34,071 nucleotides of DNA. Origin: Paraspadella gotoi (lineage: Eukaryota > Animalia > Chaetognatha). The position numbers and the translations under genes were made by a program. The stretch is from positions 1-34,071 of the forward strand of contig JBJCIZ010000370.1 in the NCBI GenBank assembly GCA_051294375.1, given 5' to 3'. Under the pieces are notes generated by a model. The model was not told the DNA's origin. It saw only the letters and a program-made list of their open reading frames with translations, and made no database searches. Positions within the stretch are counted from its first letter, which is position 1. Every line of letters starts with the position of its first letter. This document shows positions 22,963 through 34,071 of the stretch, piece by piece.

Positions 22963-23947
22963 TGTATTGAACTAAGTTCGAGAAGTGGCTGTCCTGATCT
23001 AACTGACAAGGCTAATTCTGCGCATTGAAGACCAGATGACTCGGGTTAGAATGGCGCAAAAAAGGAGACGATGACGCCGGTCATGATGCCCTGGAGATGA
23101 TGACGACAAGTCTCGGTAGGATGACGAACTACGAAAGTCCAGGACTTGACAAAGTTCAATTGAAGAGACAGAAATTATATTATGTGTTAGTGACAGAACC
23201 GTTCAATATAAGCAGTCCCTGAGCTTCGATCAGCTGTAACACCATTTACAGGCGGGTTAGCGCCCCGTCCCTCTTAACTGCCAGACGACCACCGGGCTAG
23301 AACCCGGACCTTTGGGTTGGGAGGCGAAATGAACTTGCTTCCGCACAATGGCCGCTGATGAACGGTTGGTGGATTTTAGTCCACCATACAATGTGTCTGA
23401 TGCTGGAAGCTTTGTAGAGTCTGTAGCTTGTGAGTGTGTAGTCTGTAGTTAGCAAGAAAATAACAAGGAATAACAAAACATTTAGTACAAACTCAGCAAT
23501 ATATATAAGTTTAAAGTGTCCCTTTCTACTTGTTTCTTGAAGCCAATAATAAACAAAAAGAGATGCTTCTTTTCATAAAAAAAGTCCACCAAACAAGCGA
23601 TCACCAAAAAATAAGATTCCGAGATATCTGAAAAAGAGTTTCTATGCTCTGAAAGAACTAAAAACCCAGTGACCACTTTTAGAATCTGAAGATACCACGT
23701 GGTCAGAATTCGATTAGAATCAAATAGAAATTTATCGAAATCACGGGCACCAATCAGAATCAGCTGTACACTGGCCTTCGGGAAATCTGTACTTAAGTAT
23801 ACAACAAAAGAGAGAGCTAAAGATGTCGCTGCAATCGCTAGAACGGAGGCATTTTCGATGTCAGTAATAAAGAACAAAAGATCAACGGGGGAAAAAGGTA
23901 GAGAATCTGGATTTTTCTCTAATATAAAAGATAGTTATTTCGTAACA
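22963..23947. mobile_element. Solo LTR (contains an inserted SINE)
   Basis: TGT...ACA ends; inverted homolog of 25562-26291; flanks GTCGT/GTCTT form an imperfect 5-bp TSD. Confidence 0.7.
23175..23355 (-). mobile_element. tRNA(Gly-CCC-like)-derived SINE
   Basis: Minus strand GCGGCCA..TTCGCCTCCCAACCCAAAGGTCCGGGTTCTAGCCCGGTGGTCGT gives an acceptor stem, CCC loop and T-arm/B-box. The body matches 12040-12190 and is absent from the sister LTR. Confidence 0.65.
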
Positions 23948-24169
23948 GTCTTGGTTTTTTGTTCATCCAGATCCTGACTGAGTCATCCAGCCAAAGAGAG
24001 AGACAGCGAGAGAGATTCGCTGCTCCGTCATACGGCAAGTGGGCATCGAAGAGCATTTCGCCCAAAATCGAAGTGAATCGCCACATTCACTCATAGAGTA
24101 ATGACGTTCAAATTAGTGAAATATATTTTTTTGTTTTTTCCATTTAACTCATTTCCACTCGGACGATTT

Positions 24170-24350
24170 CCCATCAAAACTTGATTGATTTCCAGCTCAA
24201 TCACACACTTTCCTACCCACACACAAAATTTCAATCCAATCCATCCATCCAATATCACGAGTAATTGGACTTTTTTTTGCTAAGGTGGGATGAACGGACA
24301 GACGGACAGACAGACAGATGGACCGACAGATGGACGGACATCAATTTTTT
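24170..24350. mobile_element. Helentron/DINE-1-like remnant with a (GACA)n microsatellite
   Basis: CACAAAATTTCAATCCAATCCATCCA followed by a GGACAGACGGACAGACAGACAGATGGAC tract. Confidence 0.45.
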
Positions 24351-25561
24351 TCATAATTTATCAAGAAAAAAATTTTGAAATGTTTTGATGAAACAAAATT
24401 TCAACTTTTTTTTCTAAATCTCCTCAAACTAAAAAGAACAGAATAATACAATGGCTACTCATAAATTTATCATAATTCGATGTTCTGACATGATATAAGT
24501 GAATGCCCGACAAGATTGGGGGCGGCGGACCGAGACCGACAAAGTGAATTATAGAGCCGGAATCTGCTGTAAGCAAATCCGGAAGGAGGAAGACGAAAAG
24601 TCGTCTGTATTCAGGCATCTCAATACTTTTCATGAAAAAACATTATAAATAAGTTTTAGTAAAAACAAAAACAAACATGACGAAACTATAATAACAAGCA
24701 CTGTCCTTTTTTCAAATTCTTTGTTGGAGAACCCTTTCTCTCTCTCTCTCTCTCCCCCTCTCTTTTCCAACATTGTGAAAATTGTAAAAATTGTGAAAAT
24801 CATTTAATTCGCGCCTGAATAAGGTCTCAACATGTACATTATTTGTTTCTATTTTAAAAATCGTTGTTTTTTTAACACAAAACAAAATGTCTTCTCTCAA
24901 ACTAATTCACAACTCATGAAAAGAAACCATTTCACACAATACTATTCCCTTGAAACTTAACAACTTTAAATTCTAATAATTAAATACAAATTGTTGTATT
25001 GTTATATATTTTTTTTATTATTGGCTATTGTTGTCCTCTTTTCCCATTTTTTTGCCTTATTCTTATTTACTTGACTATATCCAATAATATTAAGCGTTTG
25101 TAAGATGTTCAATTATTAATTGTCTCTGTGGTTGCTGTTGCTATTTTCCCTTTGTGAATTTTATTTTGAACCAATCGTATATTCATTTAATGTTTTATTA
25201 TAAATATTTATATATATATTGTGCCAAAAATGTCTTAAATAAAATTATTCTTTGATAAGTATGCATTTAATAATTATTTTTACTCGGGTGACTTGAAATG
25301 TCCTCAGTCATTTACATGACCTTAGTCACAAAGATTCCTTTCACCAAAATTCAGTAAATCCTCTGTTGTCGCGTTGTCGTCATTGTCGTAGTTATAAGAC
25401 CTTCCGGTTAATTAAAAATAGGATTTCCTTCAAATATATTTGTACATTTATCCGCCTTTTGTTATTGTTCTCAACAAATTCTCTAGTGAAGCAAATATGA
25501 TACCAAAATCCATTTTGCATAATGGCAGTATTAAAAATATTCTCTAGTTTTTAATGGTATT

Positions 25562-26291
25562 TGTTACGAATCATTAATCAATATATATAACCGTGAAATC
25601 AAACTTCTCTTCTTCACCCCGATGGCTCTTTTATTTCTATTTATAAACGCAAGGAAATTCTATTCTTTCCGCGATCAACAGCGAACATCTTGGTTTCGAA
25701 TTTGTATCATAGTATATATACTTAAAGTACAGCTTCGAGTGGCTACGCATGGCTGTTTCTGATGGTTCCCGCCGTTCTTTAGATCTCAGCCTTGATTTCT
25801 ATCGATGTGGGACCTCTCAGTTTTGTTCAGTCTTGCAATGCCGTTTTAACTACTTTTTAAAAGATAATAAATCGCTATTTAAGATATCTCGGAAACCCTT
25901 CTTTTTTAATAAGTAAACTAGTGATCGCTGGATTGGTGGACTTCCTTGTGTAGAGGCAACCAATTTCTACAAATTTGGCTTCAGAAACAAGTAAGATGGT
26001 TCTTTAAACTTAATATATATATTTGCTGAGTGTGTATTAAATGTTTTGTTATTCTTGCCCAGGACTCTAACTCTACTCTACTCCTCTACTCAGATACACA
26101 CTAGAAGTTGCTGGGACTTAGGACTTTTGTCGTTCATGATCATCTTAGAGCGTTCAAGACCCGGCAGCCATCGATCTCGTTCCGCGCCATCTAAACTCGA
26201 TTCCGGTACTTCGTTTTTTGATAGCGGCAGGATCAGCTCAGCAGTTAGTTGTCAACGACAGCACACCTCTACGAACATAGTTTCACATACA
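25562..26291. mobile_element. Solo LTR (730 bp) inserted in the right TIR
   Basis: TGTTACG...CATACA with a perfect 6-bp TSD GGTATT (25556-25561 and 26292-26297). The left TIR has the single empty site AATACC (~21957). Confidence 0.85.
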
Positions 26292-29200
26292 GGTATTATG
26301 TGTACTAAAACTCTGAAAGCATAATTTGGTCATAACATTTAACCATACAGAAGCATTTTTTATATTTTAAAAAAATGAAGGTATCTTTACTCATTACTAA
26401 AGGGGTAGTGTGCTCCCAGATCCTTCAATGAGAGCTCCTGAAGCCTACGCTTAATTCATGCAATTTTTTTGGATCTGACCAATGTTTGTATTCACTCTAC
26501 ATCACACTGTAATAGTAATTATCCAAAACATGTAGATTAAAATAGTAATTTTATTAAAATTAAAAAAACAGTAACAGGAAATTATCCTCAGCGACTGTAC
26601 CACACCACTAAAATAAGAATAATGTTGTTGATTTATAGTAGTAGCGAACATTATTAGATTAATAAAACAGTGTACAAAGTAAGAGATTTCTACCGATGAA
26701 TTGCGTTACGGAATTATAAGCCAATGATAGTTATCAACTCCACATTCCTCCAGCGTGCGTTTGGAGCCAGTTGTGAAGGCTGTGGAATGAAATGAGCACT
26801 TCAAATTGGATGTGAAATAATCTTTGATGAGTTCCTCAGCTAATAAGTTGAGTGCGAACGGAATAAACAAGTCATATTTTTTAAACAATTAATTTTTTAG
26901 TCAAAGGTGTGCCAAATCCTTTAAGCCGAGGGTAGATGCTAGGGTGTTAGAAAAAGCAAATTCGATCGAGATTAATTTAATGGGCAAACATTATCGATAT
27001 TTTTCGTATACACCTCTGGCGACATATCTCGTGCCAGGATGTAAATTGACAACACCCGCTTCTAACTCATGCATTTTGAAATTTTTGGCACACCTCGGGG
27101 ACATGTATAGAGCGGGAGGGAATGGTACGGCGAGTAAGGAGGCGGGGTAAACGAAAGAAGAAGGTGAGACTGAACCTTCCCTCGGTTATCCGTTATTTCT
27201 TTTTGGCTTTTCCTCCCAACAGTCCCTTGATTTCTGCTAATCTCTCGGTCGTCTTCGTCGCTCGTCCAAATGCCTCCAAGAAAGAGGACGAAAAAGAAGA
27301 GGAGACGGTCGCCACCTCCCTTTCTCGATTATCTCGAGTAGATCGACCTCGGGATCGTAATCTTTCTCGAGTGGGCGCCGGGGTGCCTCGAGAAAATAGG
27401 GGAGGAATTTCGGGGGGCGGAGTCGCGATCGGACGCCTCGGCCCAGGGACCGTGGTCCTCGGTAACTCAAAGGCCAAGTTCTGCCGCCGCGCCGCCGCCG
27501 CCCCATAGTTTCCAAAGAATAGCATTTCGGTTTGAGAGAAACGCACTTGTATAAAAAATCCGGCCCCGGATTCGTCTGAGTGAGAATAGATGAAGAATGA
27601 AGAGAATGAAAGAGAATGAAAGAGAGAGAGAGAGAGAGAGGATGGGCTCTCACCTTTTAAGCAACCGAGTCTGTTCTATTACGATCCCTCCACATTCGTA
27701 ATATAGGTATTCTATCCTTGTTTTCCAACCAATACGGATGGGTTTCTTCGGGACTATAATTAAGTAATTATAAATAATCTAATAATGATAATATATTAAT
27801 CAATTATTATTTACTAGTCTTTAACGTCCAAAATGAAACAGAGATGGGCCCAATCGCGCCAAAACAAGCCAGTCGACTCTCGTAGTCTTTCGTCATGGCC
27901 AAAATATCGGCCAGCTGATTACTCAGGATGGTGAAAAAAACCTCCTTTCGGCAGAGGGTACGACATCGCTTTACCTATAATATTCAAAAAAACGCGGAGA
28001 TAAGTTACCCGTATTGTTATTATATTATATTATTATACTTAACATAGAGATTGGTAAAATCTTGATAAATTGAGTACTGCCCTCGTCCTCGTTGTCGAAA
28101 CCCACTTGGTCATTGTTCGCTACGGCGTAGCGCGGGAAGAGAGATCAGTCGGATACAACAATGGACGGGCGATCGGGTCTTATATTTCTCGTTCGCTGTC
28201 ACTGGCGCTTTCCTATTGGAAAGGCGAAGTCAAGTGTCTCCGATCGTCTAGGACACCGTTCAAATGCGGTACTTTTTTATTTTATTTTTGGTCATTTTAT
28301 ATAGTTTATCTCGATAAAAAATATTAATATAAATTATATTTTTTTAAAAGTTTTACCATTTACCGCCGCAACTGGTCAAACTAAGACGGTGATGTTGAAT
28401 CTGGGAACCGTTTATTCTTTCCCTCGTCGAATTCCAACGCTGATGGGATTTCGCGAAAGAGGAGAAGTCGCGTTTGTCGCGATGAGACGACGATGACGAG
28501 ACAGATACGACGTGGGCACCAATAAGAGGGCTAAAAAAGACATTAGAGAAATGCGCGTTTAATTTGTTTAATTTGTGGTTTAATTTTCCTATAAATTCAA
28601 GTTTTTTTTTGTTTTTTTTGAGAAAAGATAACGCATGGCGGAATGAATGGAGATGGATACAATTGCGTAGATCCCCATTTCCAACGGTGCCTTGAGCTGG
28701 CCCATCGAATCGAGTTTTGGGCAGGAAGCTCACGTTCATGCTTCGAGTCTTGAGGAAACTACGCAATCTGTTTTCATCGCGAATACGAGTGGTGGGACCA
28801 CATCAATCTTCCATCATCATTTCGAGGTTTCACGGGGAGTCGGGAAGAAATAGCTTTCTGCAGGTAGATGCCGAGAACGATCCGGACTTGAAGCTGTAAC
28901 AGACAAAAACTTTTTTTTTTGACCACGAACTCCAAATCCGGACATCGCCCAGCTAAAAACATAACTTTTCCTTCTTAAAAAAATTAGTACTAAATCCTTA
29001 AAATTCATAGTCTTATTTCATCGATTATTTATACGTCGAAGGTGATTATCACATGTAAGAATGGAATCGAAACTTAATTTGTGAAATAGGAACAATATTT
29101 ACAATTCTTGCGAGAATTTCGAAACATATACGATATCTTATCAAATTTTAAAATGTAATAAGAGTTTAGAAATTGGGAAAGAAGGGGAAGAATTTATGAT

Positions 29201-30194
29201 GATCAATTTAAATTAAGTTACCGGTCATTTTTTTTCATAAATTTAACGTAGAAAAATTTAGGGGAAAAAATTTTGATAAGATGGCAAGCAATGGTGTACA
29301 AAAGTGTTAGGAGACTCTGAGAATGTAACAAAATGAACACTCGCCATCCGATCTTAGTAGCCCGCCGCAAATGTTCTTCGCGATCCATAAATGCGCCGAA
29401 TTTCTTAAAATCAACCCTATTGAAAATTTAGTAAACAAATCGTATGAATACTAATTTTATTTTTTTTAAAAAGAAATATGCCTCTTTCAATGGAAATGAG
29501 TAAATTTTTTTTGAATCCTGATCGAACTTTGCAAAAACTATGCTTCCACATTAACTGTTTTATATTTACTACATAGTGGTGTAATATATCTTCACCGACG
29601 TTGTCCGTCCTTTCCGTCATTCCAAATCAAATTACTGTTCCGGCGGAGAGATCTGGTGGCGCGCGAGGGTCAACTTCTGAACCACCTGACCGTTCTCAAG
29701 GAGAATTTGATCTCTTTCGAACATCTCGTCACGTTTGTCAAAATCGAGTCACGATCCCATTCATTCCTTACGTCAAGTTGAGAATGCTCGACGGGAATCA
29801 CACCTGGACCCGATAATGTCACATTTTAATTAAACACTTTTGAAAACTGTTGCTTTTGGCATTTTTCCGAAACTGATTTTAGCTTACAATGAAATCCTAC
29901 AACTAATCAAAGTTTTTGAAAAATTAATTATTAGCAGTAGTAAGAAAATTGTCCCTAGTAATAAAAATATTATATCCTCATGTAGCTAGTTTTACTTTAA
30001 TTAGAGAATCGTTATACGACTGTAATAAGATAATTTCGACTAAATTTTATGACTATATATAATATCAATTTAGAGAATAAAATTTTAGAAGCGCTAATGA
30101 AAATGGACTCGGATAAAATTTGTTTAAAACAACGAAATGATGTTTTGACTTGTTGAAAAAAATTGTAAATAAATGTTTTTTAAAATCAAAACAG

Positions 30195-33100
30195 ATGCCT
30201 TTCTTTTGACGATGACAAAGAGTATAGACAAAAGTAAGCGATACAAAGAAAGCGTCAATCGAAGACAATTCGAAGCGAACTTTCCTTGTTCTAACGACTC
30301 TTCCCATCTTCCGACTCCTCGCCGGATTCCTTTCGTTCGCGAGACGGAAACCGTTTGAAGTTTGTTGGAGGAGGAGCAACAAGCGCAGATCCAATCAACA
30401 AGGGCGACGGACGATGGCGCCGACACTCTCGACGATCAAACTTCCCTGTTGCAGTCCGGATCTCTGTTTTGGAGGAGGAGGAACAGAGCCGCTTCAGGTC
30501 GGAGGAGGTAGAAGCGAAAAGGAAAAGAGAGGACGAGGTTTTTTCTCCGCGAAAAAAGACTCTCATCGACGACGACGATGACGAAACGACGATTCGGAAT
30601 CAAGACGTCGGGTCAAACCGGGGTCGACCTCGGTCATAAGCGATTTCATTCCAAAAGTCGATCACCAAAGGAAAAAGATAGCGTTGACGGAGGAAAGAAG
30701 AATGAGGAGAATGACGATTCCGGTGGCGCCGACGATGGGCGACATGTTATCGCGTCAATCCAGGGGATGCCGCAAATATCGCAACATCGTTAAACGGTTA
30801 GACTCGTGCCAACCTAGCTGGCCGACTACAAACGGCTCATCTATCGTCTGCAGAAACAATGAAATTCATCAAGGGCATGTTGAGGCGGGTTCCGGTTGTA
30901 AAATTTCAAACGTCTGCATCTATGGTCACCTACCTTCGTCCCGATGAACGATGAAAGCGTCCAATTTTATTACGACCAAAATCCGGAAACTCATCAATCT
31001 GGGGACGGGATTTGGACGCGCCGTTTTGGATCAGATCATGGGCCTGGTTTCCTTGCAAATTGAAAACAAATTGGAAATCGGGTATTTTTTTTCTTCTTCC
31101 TCTTTTTAGTTACTTACTGCTAGCGAATATTTTTATTTTTCTTTTTTCCCATCAGGAAAGTTTTTCTTATATTTCAAAACGTGAGCCTAGGCGGATTTTG
31201 GACTTTTATCCGCATTCTTCCAACTTTCTTTTTACAACCTGCGGTCTCTAAAAAGTCATCGGCTCGTTCATTGCGAGACCCGCGATTTCATACAATCGGA
31301 AAAAAGCAGTTACCAACAGTGAAGATCGAGAGATCAAACTGTTTACGTGATCTTCGCTTTTAGCGGGACTCATCCGGAGATTGCCGATTCCAAATCGAGG
31401 CCCGGGTTAAATATCTCAATACTCTCGCGAGAGATTAATTTTTGGGCGATCTCCTCGAAGAGTTGCCCGTTTCGATTATCGGAACTTAAAAAAAAGATCG
31501 AGAGCCTGAACCCCTCGCTCGCGATAAAAGCGTACTCTTACGTGGCAAGAATGAACAATAGGGGAAAAAATAAGAGCATTCTTTTTTCCTCCTTTACGTA
31601 TCGGACCGAAATGGAACTATGGATTGCGAACGTTAGGGTTGTAATTTTTATTAAAGTTATACACAAAAAGTCATCTCACTTTTGTACTATTAACTCCATG
31701 TCCTCGTCTTCTCGGAAAACAAGGTTCAAATCCTTAACAAAAAGAAAACTAACACGTGTCCTAGGCAAGTGTAAAAAATCCTGTCCTTTTAATCTTCTTT
31801 TCTTCTTCTTTTCTCAACTTAACAAGCCCCTCCCCTTCAGATTGTCTATAATTCCACGAGTCGAGAGTTTACCTTTTTTTGCTCACTTTCGAATCTGCGT
31901 CCTTTCGACAAAAACGCAGTGTCAAATATCCTCAACCGGGGTCCGTGAATGAAGTTTTTTAAACATCATCATTATCCTTTACGTACAACCCGTACGTGAT
32001 AATACAGCGGATTTTGAGACATATCCAAAGCGGCGCCAGAGGTCGAAAGGCGTCCCGGATGTCACACCCTTTGACCGAAAGAAAGATGATCCATTTTATC
32101 CTTGGGTCAAGACTGACTTACATCTGAAACACGTGACAAATATGTCACGTTTGCAACCGCTTTGAAACGTGTGGAAAATCCGCGCGGTCGTGGAATTACC
32201 AGCGGAGATATGTGCCCCTTATCGTATTGCTACAACGTTCACACAGCGAGTTCCCCGAAGATCAATTTTCCTCCGAGATCTTCAATCGGTCCGGATATGC
32301 GCCAAGCTTATTCGTCGCCTCCTTGAAAGGACGCTAAGCTTTTGTACGGTCTGCTCCATTTATTTCCGGATCCGACAATTTTGACCGGCGAAGAGTTGAA
32401 GAGAGCAACACCGAAACCACTCATTGCGACTGTTTGCCACGAGTTGCTCAAACGATGAGAAGTACCAACTATCGCGTGCTGGATCATTGTTGGCGAACCT
32501 GGGAAATTATAGGGAACCATGGTCAAGTTAGTGAGCGAGTGAAATTCATCCTTAAAAATACGACTCCACTTTCATCTTTTTTTTTCCTTTCTTATAAAAG
32601 ATCTTGCAACGCGAAAATATACCAGTAAGATCGCAAGTGTACTCTTATTATCATAACATGAATTCGAACCCGCGGCAATCTTTCACGCTTTGAAGGATCG
32701 GAAGACGACTTCAACGTCAAGTCCGTCACCAAATATTCTGACGGAATCTTCGATGAAGAAATTTATTTCCATTCGACATGAGGTGATTTTTTTTTTTTTT
32801 TCTTCTTCTATTCATTTTTTTTCCCTCGCCTTTATCCCCCTCCTCTCTCTCATCTCTCCTCTCGAGGTTTAACTGGCGATTTTTGCAAAACAAAGGCCGA
32901 GAAAGGTACGACGATGAGGACGACGATGATGACGACGACGGCCGGAGAGGATCAGTTCGACGACGACGTAGACGAATTTCGAATATCGTGGCGAACAAGG
33001 ATCACGATTAACTTTTTCCCGATACGAACGAGGTCGACGACAGAAAGGGCCGCCGAGTCGGAGATTCTCTCCGAATGGGATCGACTCAGAGATCGAGAGG

Positions 33101-34071
33101 AAGATGAGGGAATTGACCTGTCAATGTTCCTAAAATTAGTACAATCAGAGTGAAATGTAACTTACAGGTATTGGGAGAAAAGAATACAAAAAATTCAATC
33201 ATATTTCTCGACTTAAATTTCTACTTTGATAAACAACAGTAGTTCAATATACAAAACAATTGTTTAATTTTATTCGACGTTCTCAATTATTATTATTTCT
33301 TTAACTAAATAAATTACTCTTCAATTTCACCTCGGCGTCGAATTATTTACTAGTATAAAACAAATTAACTTAGTTATCTCTCTCTTCTTCTCCCTCCCCC
33401 TAGGTTTCAGTCTTTCCTTCCCTCGCGGCTACTGATCGATAATTTGACTACGGAATCGAGAGAAAAGTTAGGGGGGCGTTTGTTGTCGGGAACCAGTGTC
33501 ACGGCTCCGTGCGTAGAATGCGCGCCCAATTAAAACTTTGAAAGAGCCTTTTCAAACGGTATAACGAATATAGTCGCGGAAACTTATGGAGAGACAAAAG
33601 GGTCAAAATTTCATGGAAATTTTTAAACAAAAAATAAAAAAATGGCCCATATTCGGCAATTTTCGTTGGACCGCTTGAGCGAATCCCGACCTTCCTCCAT
33701 ACAGACAGAATTCACGACGACATGTAGTCCAAAGGAAATTTTGTAGTCAACGAGATACCGAAAAAAACCCTCGGCAATTTACCGGATGTTTAACTTTAGC
33801 AGACTTTGGACAGTTTATTCTATTTTATAACATCATAGACGTTCTGACCTTGGAAGCCGTTTTTTGAATATTCATCGAAAATACGAATTAAACCTTCACG
33901 GCATTCTCGCCGACCCATTACTACGGTTTCGACGGGAATCGGTCTCGACATTTTTTTTGTCAATGAGCAAAAGTGGAAATTCCATTATTCGCCGAAGCCG
34001 ATTCCCTTCAATATTTGACCTACGAGAGGATGATTCGGGGGGGGCGTATGCCGCGGTTTCCCGAGCGCTAT
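30195..34071 (+). pseudogene. pPolB-1: spliced Polinton-type protein-primed DNA polymerase with C2H2-like finger and endonuclease VII insert (3' part beyond the window; many frameshifts)
   Basis: RKKAVTN, INF..CPFRLSELKKKIESLNPSLAIKAYSY, HFCTINSMS, CPR|CL..H...C, PYVI.ADFET (ExoI, ~31990-32021), RVLDHCWRT..SCN (EndoVII, 32476-32610), HNM..KKFISI (ExoII), YNIIDV (ExoIII, ~33826) and MIRGG (~34030). Introns at 31082-31155, 31765-31840, ~32530-32600, 32783-32866 and 33168-33403. Confidence 0.85.

Larger units (their letters stand above)
21221..27096. mobile_element. Non-autonomous foldback/MULE-like DNA transposon with ~885-bp TIRs
   Basis: 21221-22105 is the reverse complement of 25407-27096 once the LTR insert is removed. 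Termini are GAG...CTC. Flanks GGGGAAGATT and GGGGACATGT resemble a degenerate 9-10-bp TSD, and the empty site GGGGAACGAT lies at ~18176 in the duplicate. Confidence 0.75.
19940..29862 (-). pseudogene. pPolB-2: spliced, divergent protein-primed family-B DNA polymerase gene, frameshifted and interrupted by the 21221-27096 insertion
   Basis: Ordered fragments: LILRNSAHL (~29400, cf. LRFIDS), HLPAESYF and MKTDCV (28765-28880, ExoIII-like), RYAVANN (28112-28132), IYQDFTNLY|GKAMSYPLPKGGF (motif A, across the 27975-28042 intron), motif-B-like exon ~27170-27560, KSARCKG.TKRLVAQRLT (~20760-20810) and YEDVL..FRTAGYSMFKVELEKISLSNFE (20555-20680). Confidence 0.75.
13440..34071. mobile_element. Intron-rich Polinton/adintovirus-like endogenous element (partial; left boundary approximate, runs off the right end)
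   Basis: Two pPolB genes (one carrying the endonuclease VII insert) plus a GC-richer spliced cargo gene. No integrase, capsid, ATPase or protease gene is recognised in this window. Confidence 0.6.

Noticed and set aside
23285-23355. Functional tRNA-Gly gene
   Set aside because: The D-arm and anticodon stem do not pair properly, and the sequence continues into a repeated SINE body.
23482-23977. 131-aa and 92-aa ORFs
   Set aside because: They lie inside a solo LTR and are not preserved in the sister LTR.
24424-24633. 69-aa ORF in the centre of the foldback element as a transposase
   Set aside because: No recognisable DDE or zinc-finger motif.

Overview
AT-rich, microsatellite-laden eukaryotic DNA (probably an invertebrate animal) made almost entirely of nested mobile elements, with N-gaps and indel-rich, probably poorly polished segments. 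(1) 2772-9772: an apparently intact 7-kb KDZ-superfamily (Dileera/HMGXB3-like) DNA transposon. It has GC-rich palindromic subterminal repeats, a 792-aa transposase and a divergently transcribed 5-exon gene whose product resembles the NRF1/Erect-wing DNA-binding domain. (2) ~13.4 kb to the window end: an intron-rich Polinton/adintovirus-like locus with two head-to-head protein-primed family-B DNA polymerase (pPolB) genes and a mucin-like repeat gene. One pPolB has the endonuclease VII insert; the other lacks the N-terminal part and shows no motif C. A 5.9-kb foldback element with ~885-bp TIRs sits in a pPolB intron and carries two solo LTRs and a tRNA-derived SINE. Also present are two Penelope-type minimal hammerhead motifs, LINE remnants, Helentron/MITE-like repeats, and a gap-bounded 3-kb tandem duplication that is probably a haplotype or assembly artefact. 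All protein family calls come from manual motif recognition, not database searches.
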